Below, piece by piece: positions 27,616-36,900 of a DNA stretch of 64,000 nt. The DNA lies in assembly GCF_037042905.1 (NCBI RefSeq), contig NC_087262.1:25420001-25484000 (forward strand), written 5' to 3'. Each line of letters opens with the position of its first letter. Position 1 is the first letter of the stretch. The DNA comes from Lytechinus pictus (lineage: Eukaryota). The notes beneath the pieces were generated by a model. That model searched no databases. It saw only the letters and a program-made list of their open reading frames with translations, and was not told the DNA's origin. Made by a program: the position numbers and the translations under genes.

Positions 27616-27637
27616 CAAGGTGCCCTTGAACCAGCAT
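24857..27637 (-). CDS. LINE ORF2: AP-like endonuclease plus reverse transcriptase (926 aa, uninterrupted; first ~7 codons come from flanking DNA)
   Basis: APE motifs ITETWL, GGGIG, YRPP, GDFN, TLDL, SDH. RT motifs YRPVS, DLSAAFD, PQGS, YADD, LGV. L2-type C-terminus LHWLP...RITFK...WNDLP...FKKSLKTHLF. Confidence 0.92.
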   Translation of the reverse strand: MLVQGHLDVLCITETWLSNQDNVSIGECTPIGYTFINSPRDASKRGGGIGVLYKSMLKLKIKNIDFKFATFECAHITDLSSSIHFFIVYRPPPSSANRFTSSDFLKEFDEYICEISLCPGKLVLLGDFNVHWEDMNKNDVLHMRNTISSAGLIQHVQGPTHNLGHTLDLVFTRDDSVILQCHTFDTCISDHYMIRFLLAHQKSEPVSVTSSLRNYRKIDKAQFSNALLDLVSSQPEDLDNVSLFDWYVSGVTKVLDTCAPSSTKSRPLKRRRPWFNQSVLVARQHRRKAERKWRKTRLDSDRTLFIEANRNVCQIIDTAKEDFLKEKLGSCSVKEVYQIIHSLLNKKSNQLPLYESATRLAHQFSLFFVNKIRRIRAELDACTVPVNIQFSDTENQNIPLFAEFQVLSQSNVSRIIMSSATKSSRLDPIPTWFLKENIVHLLPLLTNVINQSLSTGIFPDQAHSAIIKPFLKKSGLDVNDISNYRPVSNLTFLGKLIEKAACTQLADHIESNNIFDPLQSAYRPGHSTESALIKVKNDIMFSLDSNNVVCMVLLDLSAAFDTIDHNIFISRLFNRIGVRSKVLSWFQSYLSGWTSQVDIDGTLSNPITLEFGLPQGSIVGPIGYSIYTLPVGDIIRNHCINYHFYADDIQLYVSFDPKTPGALNNALVKLQNCISDIRQWMIVNKLKLNDKKTEFFVAASTYNLRNLPNVQLDVDGTLFRPSEKIRNLGVIFDSRMSMSYHISHICSTVTFYLRNISRIRRFIDQSACHNAVRSLVLSRIDYCNGLLSTIPSNQLIRIQRLQNWAARLILQVSRDHPSQPLFNSLHWLPFKQRITFKLLLIVYKTLNKQAPQYLSNCLNLYTPTRALRSASDYLRLTYSLTRTLAGDRTFTVSASKSWNDLPLIIRQSPTLAIFKKSLKTHLFRTL

Positions 27638-28020
27638 AACAAGGCACTAGCTTACCTGATGATGGGGGGGGGGGGGGGGGAGGGAAGGCCAAAATATATC
27701 AATATATTAATAATTGCCTCATCATATCTTATTTTGGGGGTATCAGTGGTGTTGTTCCTGTAAACATTCATTTATTTATTTTTATTTTTATTTTTTATAA
27801 AAACATAAATTCAAAAGACAAAAAATACAGATACAAGATCGTTTCATTTCATACATACAAACTTTAATCAACAGATAAATTTTGATATTCTTACCCATGT
27901 CGAATGCTAAGTTTTATTATTGAAAATGTTTCGTGCTTCGCTCGCTCACATACACGTGTTTACGTTAAGATTATGTCCTTTTGTTTTCCGTTCTCCCCCC
28001 CCCCCTTTTTTTTTTTTTTA
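27616..28020 (+). repeat. ~404-bp direct repeat, copy 2 (right flank of the L2)
   Basis: Starts caaggtgcccttgaaccagcat and ends cccc-tttt-a, as in 24357-24760. Confidence 0.95.
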
Positions 28021-28087
28021 CTGTGATGACTTATTTCATTTTTAAAAAAGTGTTATGTTTCACTGATGAAACAAACAAAAAATCGAT

Positions 28088-28176
28088 TTAGGGTTAGGGT
28101 TGGTGTTAGGGTTAGGATTAGGATTAGGGTTAGGATTAGGGTTAGGAGGTAGAGTTAGGGTGTGTTACGATTAGGG
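28088..28176 (+). repeat. Degenerate interstitial (TTAGGG)n tract
   Basis: About 14 hexamers of TTAGGG, TTAGGA and variants. Confidence 0.85.
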
Positions 28177-28490
28177 TTTTTCGAGGAGTGCCCCCCCCCC
28201 CCCTCTCCCGTGATCGTGGAAAATGTCTTACATGTCGTTTTGATTGACATATCATTATCAGAATATCTGCTTGTCGCTGTCCCAGATGGCGCTATTTAAT
28301 ATTACAATCATGACAATCATTGCCGTAATTATGTGGTCTTCATCGTCTCACTAATTACATTTACCAAAACTTTTTTAAAATAATGAATTACAAAATAACC
28401 ACTTTATTGTTGGAAACCCACATAATAAAAGAATCTACAGCATACACCTATTGTCATTAGGGTAATCTTTAGGTTTTTGAAAAATATACA

Positions 28491-29060
28491 TTAAAGGAGA
28501 ATGAAACCCTTGAAACCAGCTGAATCCATAACGAAGAGAAAAATCAAAGAAACATATTGTTGAAAGTTTGAGCAAGATTGAATGAATAATAAGAAAGTTA
28601 TGAGCATTTGAATGTCGAGATCACTAATGCCATGTAGATCCTCCCATTGGCAATGCGACCAAGATCTCCCTCATTACTTTAGTACTTATTTCACTTATAT
28701 TCTCACTTTTATAGAGTCTATCACAAGGTGAGGTGTTCTCTTTATGAGAGGACAAGTACAGAGGTTTCACAACATTATATCATTGATGAATCATTTATCA
28801 CATGATAAGAATGAGCAAAAAGAGATGTTTTGGGGTATATTTTCAGTGTCCAAAAGGGGAGAGTTGTTCATCTGTGACATCATAGATCTTGGTCGCATTG
28901 CCAATATGAGGATCTCCATAGCATTAGTGATCTCGACATTCAAATGCTCATAACTCTTCTATTGCTAGTCCTATTTTACTCAAACTTTTGTTGATCTTAT
29001 TCTTTGATTTTTCTGCTTTCACAAAAGCTAACTTGCTCCAAGAGTTTCATTCTCCTTTAA
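28491..29060. mobile_element. TTAA-flanked fold-back MITE (Kolobok-like AG...CT termini)
   Basis: TTAA|AGGAGAATGAAAC...GTTTCATTCTCCT|TTAA, with long internal inverted arms (e.g. 28597-28666 vs ~28884-28955). Confidence 0.85.
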
Positions 29061-29770
29061 TACAGTCCTCGTCGTGATATCAGGTTTTGATTCTTTTTCT
29101 TCATTTCATTCCCATAATAAAAAGTAATGTTTAATATGTAGGGAAAGGCGGGATAAGTTGAGCATAGGGGCAAGTTGAGCCACCACCCCAGGCAAATAAT
29201 GAGTGAGTCAGACATTGTGGTGGTGTCATGTATTGATGGCCCATTACATTACTTTAACCCCACCACATTATTTTAAACTTTGAAACAAAAAATACGTTTT
29301 AAGAGGGAAAATACAAATTTCAGCCAAAAAAGAAAAAAAAAGTGTGAAATATATCAGTGTTTTTACCCACACACGTCTTTAAATATAATAAAGAAATAAG
29401 AACAATATTGTTAGTCCAGGTATGGATTCTCATTTATGTCATAGTCTTTTACATGATGGATGCACAATAAATGTATGGATTTGAAAATATCGCAGTAAGT
29501 TCGGACTGGGGTAATTTGAGCCAGCCAACATGGGGCAAGTTGAGCCATAAAATCAGTACATGTGTCTTTTTATAAATTTATATGGAAGGGGAAACCTGAC
29601 AAAATAAGCAGGAAATAGATTGTTTGTAACTATGAAAATGGTGGACTAAAATGATCGATGTTGGACAATTTTCTAGAGCTTTGAAGCTGCCTTGGATAAG
29701 AAGAATACTGTCAAATTCATGTGAAGAAGTTTCCCATTTAATGTATGCATTTTTGAAACCATTAGTATTA

Positions 29771-30155
29771 AACATTATATTTGTTTTGTATGCATTTAAG
29801 GTACACTCTCTGTCATCACACGCTGGTCTGACTGGCTTCCTATGGGGGCTGGTGCCCTTATTTGTTAGAGTACTGAGCTGACCGGGCTTGTCCCTTAAAT
29901 TGTCGGTGAACGGGGCAGCAAGCACAAGGGCACCAGGCCCCACCAGGATGTAGCTGGGAATTTCAGAGATGGTGATGCAGGATGGTACTTGTAGTGATTT
30001 AAGATTTCTATTTATATGTAAGTAGCTGTTTGTAATGTACGTGTATAAAATATTTGTATCTAAAGGAACTGTTGCTGCGCTAGCGCCATGAGCGTCTCTG
30101 GACGGTGTGCGCGCTCAATAAGATATCACTATCATTATTATTATTATTATTATTA
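29771..30155 (+). mobile_element. Retroposed LINE/SINE 3' fragment inserted in the Tx1 ORF2
   Basis: Ends with a gcgc...gcgc stem and a (TTA)n tail. tatta occurs at both junctions. Removing it restores the Tx1 frame (...FLKPLVL|EWGKGDIYF...NSFWKEM). Confidence 0.75.
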
Positions 30156-31427
30156 GAATGGGGTAAAGGGGATATATATTTCATTAAACTATCCCCCATG
30201 TTCCAAAACAGTTTTTGGAAGGAAATGTTTATTATAGTTTCCTCCTTTATTCGAAATGTTCAGTGTACTTCTCTTTTTTTGACCGGCTATTCCTTTATGG
30301 TACAATTCTGATGTAAAAATTATTGGAGGAAAAGGTATATTCTTAAAGGAATGGTGGGACAAAGGCATTAGATTTATTAACGATTTATTAGATGAGAATG
30401 GAAAACCTTTGGAAAGAGAAGAGTGTGAAAACAGATTTTCAATCAAAATTCAGTTTCTTCATTATTATGCCCTATGTCAGATTATCAAATGTAAGTATAA
30501 AGCTCAGTTGAATACGTGTAATATGAAATCTAATGAACCAATATGCCCTGCTTATATCTCTCATGTACTGAAGGACAAAAAGGATGTAGACATGTAAAAA
30601 CTATATCATATCATGTTAAAAGAAAATTATGATAACTTGATTAAATTGTGTAATAGACTGATAGATGGCTTGTCAATGGCATTTCGATGGACACCAGAGA
30701 TGTGAATAATTATTTTAAAATAATGTTTCGATGTACAACTTATACTACAATGAGGTACTTTCAGTACCGACTACTAAATATGATATTATATTTGAATAAG
30801 GATCTTGTAAAGATGAAAATAACTGTAGATGCAAAATGCTCTTTTTGTGGAAGGGAAGAAGAAAACGCCATACATTTTTTTAATCAATGTCATGTGGTAA
30901 ATCTTATCTGGGAACGATTTACATATTGGTTATTCAAATTAACAAGCTTTAGAATAAATATATCTGCTGTACATGTTTTGTTTGGTTTCACAGAAAAAAG
31001 AAACGATGCTTTAAATTGTTTAATAATTTGGACGAAACAACAATTATACTCTGCTCGTGTGGAAAAGACCATACCTAGTTTTGAGAAAATTAAACAATAT
31101 ATAAGAAAATGTTACAAATATGAGAGGCAAATTAGTATTATGGAAAACAAAACACATAAATTTGATAAAAAATTGGTTAATTTCGAAAGAATACTTGTCA
31201 TTTTGTAATAAGATTTCCGGACCTTGATATCTATTTCTGTTTAATGTAAACATATTTCCATGATGAATATGCAGTGTGTTTCGGGTTAGAGGTGATCAAT
31301 TATTGTTGGAGGGGCCTTGTTCGGTGCTCATTGTTTTTGCTGCTGCATGTGTCGGCGGCGGAACGGATGGGCGTAGGGCATGGCCACTCTAGGGATTGGT
31401 TGACTTTTGTTTGAAACGCCCTGTAGA

Positions 31428-31724
31428 CATAGGCGGCGGAAGCGGGTGGAACGGGGGGGACCTGTCCCCCCTAAATTTGAGGTGGGGGGGGGGGGACGAT
31501 CCCCCCTAAATTTTTTGTTGAGAACTTTTTTTTTTTTTTTGCTTGTCAATTTTGTTTCCTGCGTCCCCCCTAAATTCAGGTGGACCCCCCTAAATTTTAT
31601 TTGGTCCCCCCCTAATATTTTGCTTGATAACTTTTTTTTTTTGGGGGGGGTCAAATTTTTTTATCTGTGTCCATCCCAAAATTTCACGTGGAACCCCTAA
31701 ATTTTTTTCCATCCGCCGCCAATA
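31428..31724. mobile_element. hAT-type MITE inside the Tx1 3' UTR
   Basis: TIRs cataggcggcgga / tccgccgccaata. 8-bp TSD cctgtaga / cctgtagg (1 mismatch). Internal cccccctaaa repeats. Confidence 0.8.
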
Positions 31725-33742
31725 CCTGTAGGCCTATACTTTGTTCAAAATTATACTATGTGTGTATGCTATGCTTGGTATTATGTTTACTATATCATTG
31801 TTAAAATGTTTATGCGCGTATATGCCCTATCGGAGGGAAAAAAAAAACTAAACAAAAAAGTTGAGCCATAGTAATTCTTATAGTAATGTACAATAAAAAA
31901 AAACCTTTAAAAGTCATTGATATGCAGGCAGAAAGGAGCAATTTCACATGACAGTTCTTTTCCTTCTAGAGGATGTTGGTATTTATAGAGAACTAGCAAG
32001 TGAAAAGTCTTTAAATAAAAAAAATGACATGCTGGTTCTTCTCGCATACATTTTGTAAATAGTTTTTGTGGCTCAACTTACCCCAGAAGGTGGCACAACT
32101 TACCCCACAGATGGGGCAAGTTGAGCTATTTGACATCGTTTTTTTCAAAGGTGACAATGACTTGCAGTGTGGGGGTAGAAAGTCATTTACAGATGAAAAA
32201 TATTTCCCAAGAATTAAATTTAAAAAGCAAGGTAATTATTTCTACAAGATTATTAGTCATATCAATTCCAACATGCAAAATGCAAAAAGTGTCACAACTT
32301 ACCCTGCCTTTCCCTACCCAATTACTTTCAAAGGAATCCACACTTTAAAGCAATGCTGTTTGTAGCCCCCCCCCCCCCCCACCTCATTACTATTTCCATA
32401 ATATGCTCTATTTTGTACTGCTTTTCTTTAACATATCAATATGATATTTTGTATCTGATTAATTTCATTTTGTATCATGTTTGAATAGAAATTAAATAAC
32501 GAAAAAATGCTTTAAAAATATTTCAGTATCCTATACGTGACTGTCAGGTATCAAGGTCTGTCATTACTGATGACATGTAGTCATGAAAGTGAGACTTTTG
32601 TGACATTGAAATCACTGGTACAAACTACATTGAGAATTCTTCTAGATGAATACAATGACAGTAACAAATAACGTGTACAATAAAATAGTAAAGCAAGAGG
32701 AAACTGTATCACTGCCGTGGAGTTATTTCAATTATTCCTTAATGTGGTACACGGGAGGGTGCATTATTTTGTGCAAATGGAATTTCAAACAAGAGAACGT
32801 AAATGGACGAGGTTGGCAAAATCAAATCATCAAAACAATATTGATCATGGCCAAATTTATTGAGCGGTGTCTTTGAAGCAGAAAAGACTCGCCATCACTA
32901 ACAGGAACTCAATGCAGACGATAGTAATTTCATCCATTTACGAGTGACGTCACAGCGGTATCTCAACAAGCCAAGATTAAGAGGAGAAGGACTGGCGCAG
33001 GGGATAACCCCCCCCCCCGCCCTATCCTCCTCCACATGGGGGAGACACGAATTCATTTTTTTATCGTTAAAGTTCGGGATTATTCAATGTCAATGTTGAC
33101 TGAGGATTTTTTTTCCTCGCATCTTCACCCATCCATCTTATCATCTCTAATGTTTTTATCGATCTTTGATATTTTAAACACGGTTAAAAAGGCCCAACCA
33201 GTTATGGAACAGTTTTCATGGGGACCATGTAAAACAATATTAGTGACATTTTACACACAATAAAAGGCAATACNNNNNNNNNNNNNNNNNNNNNNNNNNN
33301 NNNNNNNNNNNNNNNNNNNNNNNNNNNNNNNNNNNNNNNNNNNNNNNNNNNNNNNNNNNNNNNNNNNNNNNNNNNNNNNNNNNNNNNNNNNNNNNNNNNN
33401 NNNNNNNNNNTAAGCGTAGAACTCCATCACTCCCGTTAATATATCCTTGAAAACAATTATCCCTTCTAATGAAATATGCCCTGGATATGACACTGGTCTC
33501 TTGGACATGTTGGAAGTGCCTTCATTTTTATAAACCCAAATTACCGATGGCCTACCTGTAGTCTGTAAGGGGCACCGGAAACCACGGGAATGAAACTAAA
33601 TAGGAAGGATATAGTAAGATGTCAATTGAGAGGAGGAAACATGGGTTGTGTGATGGATGGGATGGCTGAGCATAGCATATAGCCTTATTGGAATAATACC
33701 CCCTCTCATTTATACAGTGAGATAATGAACTGATAAAGATTT

Positions 33743-34770
33743 TGACGTTGCTGCGGATAATGATGGTGATCGTGGTAACATCTCAAANNNNNNNNNNNNN
33801 NNNNNNNNNNNNNNNNNNNNNNNNNNNNNNNNNNNNNNNNNNNNNNNNNNNNNNNNNNNNNNNNNNNNNNNNNNNNNNNNNNNNNNNNNNNNNNNNNNNN
33901 NNNNNNNNNNNNNNNNNNNNNNNNNNNNNNNNNNNNNNNNNNNNNNNNNNNNNNNNNNNNNNNNNNNNNNNNNNNNNNNNNNNNNNNNNNNNNNNNNNNN
34001 NNNNNNNNNNNNNNNNNNNNNNNNNNNNNNNNNNNNNNNNNNNNNNNNNNNNNNNNNNNNNNNNNNNNNNNNNNNNNNNNNNNNNNNNNNNNNNNNNNNN
34101 NNNNNNNNNNNNNNNNNNNNNNNNNNNNNNNNNACGATGTTGGTAATGGTGGTGGTAGTGTGATAATGACGCTGTTGAAGATGGTGGTAGCNNNNNNNNN
34201 NNNNNNNNNNNNNNNNNNNNNNNNNNNNNNNNNNNNNNNNNNNNNNNNNNNNNNNNNNNNNNNNNNNNNNNNNNNNNNNNNNNNNNNNNNNNNNNNNNNN
34301 NNNNNNNNNNNNNNNNNNNNNNNNNNNNNNNNNNNNNNNNNNNNNNNNNNNNNNNNNNNNNNNNNNNNNNNNNNNNNNNNNNNNNNNNNNNNNNNNNNNN
34401 NNNNNNNNNNNNNNNNNNNNNNNNNNNNNNNNNNNNNNNNNNNNNNNNNNNNNNNNNNNNNNNNNNNNNNNNNNNNNNNNNNNACGATGTTGGTAATGGT
34501 GGTGGTAGTGTGATGATGACGCTGTTGAAGATGGTGGTAGCGGAGATGATGATATTGGTGATGGTGGTGATGATGATGATGGTGGTGATGATTTTTATAT
34601 CGGTCGTGGTGTGATGATGATGATAAAGATAGTAATGATGATGATGAAGATGATAATGATGATGACGACGACGACGATGATGATGATGATGATAAAGATG
34701 ATGATGACAACGATGATGATGACAACGATGATGAATACTATGAGGAGGATTATTGCGACAATGATTATAA
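33743..34770. repeat. (GAT/GGT)n low-complexity tract with assembly gaps
   Basis: GAT/GGT/GAC triplet runs. N blocks at 33788-34133 and 34192-34483. Confidence 0.85.
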
Positions 34771-36637
34771 AGAAGAATGCAAAAATGGTGTTGATCTCCG
34801 TTACTTTGTTACGTATTTTGTGCAGACTTAAAACTAGAAACTTGCATCTGTTGGCATTAGGCATGTTATGGTATTAGGTGCTATATGAATCTCATTTCTT
34901 TATCCTTACAAACCAAAAGATAAAATACTCCTAATCATTATTATATTTCATTTGATATAATGGGATTGTCACACATTATGATTAAGCAAGCTACCAAGAA
35001 TCCAAGGTCGAAGACCCTCTCAGAGGAAAGTCAACATCTATTTTTTTAGGATGACATATTTAAGAGGTATCTATTGAGAGAAAGTGGCAATTCGGTAAAA
35101 AATTGAGGGAAAACATGGAATATGTTTGACAGAGTTGGTTAATGCATTTATATCATTAAAATGGCAAACACATGGTTTTTATTTCCTATCATCTGCATCT
35201 TCGAAGTTTCTTGAAATTATTGCATTTTTCAATTCTTGTTTAATAAACAGAACAATGTCCTTAAAGTTTTTTTTCTCATGTAGTACATACTGTACATGAT
35301 TAGCTTTCTCCAACGATGAGTTGAAATTGAAAACCCCATGGAATGTAGACCCATTTAAACTAATTATAACGATACTCTTCTGAGTGCCAAGGGGTCGTAT
35401 GCCAATTCATTTGGGGAATGTCCGCCTACGATCAAAGCTGTAAGACGTTTCGATGTTAGCATGCCGAAAGGAAGACAGCTGAGTAGGAGACTAATACTAA
35501 TCAGTGTCAATTAAGTAGGACGACAGATCTTGAAAATAAGTAAAAACAATACCAGTTAAGTTGATTAAAATCGATATTTTTCTAAGTAGAATATTCAACA
35601 AATACAAATTGGGTTTTAGTTTTGTATTTCCTTTTTAAGCTCCTTCTTATATGATCTTTAAACAATCGTCAACAAATACAAATTGGGTTATAGTCCGTTT
35701 TGTATTTTTTTTTTTTTCAAATCTCCTTCTTATTTCATCTTTTTCCAGGGCCTCTAAGTTTAACAGTGTTTGACCCACTGACAGAGTCACCCTGGTAAAA
35801 TAAGAAATAATAAATAAATAAAATATAAAATAAAAAAGCAATCGTCCGAAACGAAGATCTTATTTTCAAAGTTTTCATTATCAATAAGTAGCAAATTAAG
35901 ATAATAAGTCAAGATTTTTTTTTTCTTAACAGTAGTAGAGTCCACGTGGTCGAGGGGGTGTTCTCTTGATTCATACATCTAAAATGAGATTAATACATTG
36001 CTTTTATCAAATGAAACGAAATTTTAACACACAATAAAAATTTCATCAATATCTGAAGACCAAAAGCAAGGTTGAAAGATTTCTAAACACGTTTATTTAT
36101 TGTTTCCCCAAAACGTACAAGGCTCTGGCAAATATTAATGTTGTTTCTTAAATCAAATGACATACGATAGTCGCTCGCATGTGACTTCACAAATTATTAA
36201 CTATGCAAATCCTTGTTATTGTTTTTTTTTCCACAGATGTTGCAAAGGTTCCTGCAGACATTACAAGCTCTGCTTTTTATGCAGGTTCCTTGATATCTCA
36301 CTTTTACAATTTTCTGTATTCTGTATGTAATCAAAATGTATTTCTTGTTTCATGTTAATATATTTTGTTATATAATTTGTGAAGTATAGAAATAAATTCA
36401 ATTCAATTCAATTTAATTCAAATCTTAATTAAAATAGCCACTCATACAATTTTTTTGCGCTTATCAAAACCACCTTAAAGTTGATCGCCATTAATTCACG
36501 CCTGACGACGTGATGGCGGGCTCCTACTTTTTCTAAAAAACTGCATGTTAGTGATAAAAAGGGTCTGAACGGCGCCCTTACAAAATCATCACCGACAGAG
36601 GTCTATAAATCTGTTCAAATTCAAATTTTTACAAAGT

Positions 36638-36900
36638 ACGAAGAAAAAGAGGAGGAAGACGAAGAAGGGGGAAGAAAGGCCAAAAAGAACCTGAAGAATA
36701 AAAGAGGAGAAGGAAGGAGAGGAAGAAAGAAGAAGAAGCAGAAGAAGAAGAAGAAGACGAAGAAGAACAACAACAACAACAAAAAGAAGAAGAAGAGAGG
36801 GGGAGGAGGAAAAGTGAAAGAAAAGAAGAGAGAGAGAGAAATAAGGGAAGGGAGGAAGAGGAGGAGAAGATGAATATGGAGAAGAAGAAGAAAAAGACTT
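36638..36900. repeat. Purine-rich (GAA/GGA) low-complexity tract
   Basis: Almost purine-only + strand with GAA repeats. Confidence 0.85.

Larger units (their letters stand above)
29550..31857 (+). mobile_element. 5'-truncated, degenerate L1/Tx1-clade LINE
   Basis: ORF2 C-terminal remnants FIWKGKPDKI..GGLK/MIDV..ALKLPWIRR, PLWYNS..EWWDKGIRFINDL and a zf-RVT CSFC..ENAIHFFNQC (30687-31208), with stops and frameshifts. A-rich tail and a 13-bp TSD aagttgagccata (29537-29549; 31858-31870). Confidence 0.88.
29138..32317. mobile_element. Non-autonomous TIR DNA transposon (Tc1/mariner-pogo-like, tentative) interrupted by a Tx1/L1 LINE
   Basis: TIRs gtagggaaaggcgggataagttg / caacttaccctgcctttccctac. 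About 8 dispersed ggggYaagttgagcca motifs in both orientations. TSD not resolvable. Confidence 0.75.

Noticed and set aside
24357-28020. LTR retrotransposon interpretation (two ~400-bp direct repeats around an RT ORF)
   Set aside because: The repeats lack TG...CA ends, PBS and PPT. The ORF is APE-RT of the L2 clade with a (TAA)n tail, and there is no gag, protease or integrase.
34134-34541. 58-bp sequence repeated after two successive N gaps
   Set aside because: Both copies start exactly at a gap edge in low-complexity DNA; likely a scaffolding or haplotype artefact.
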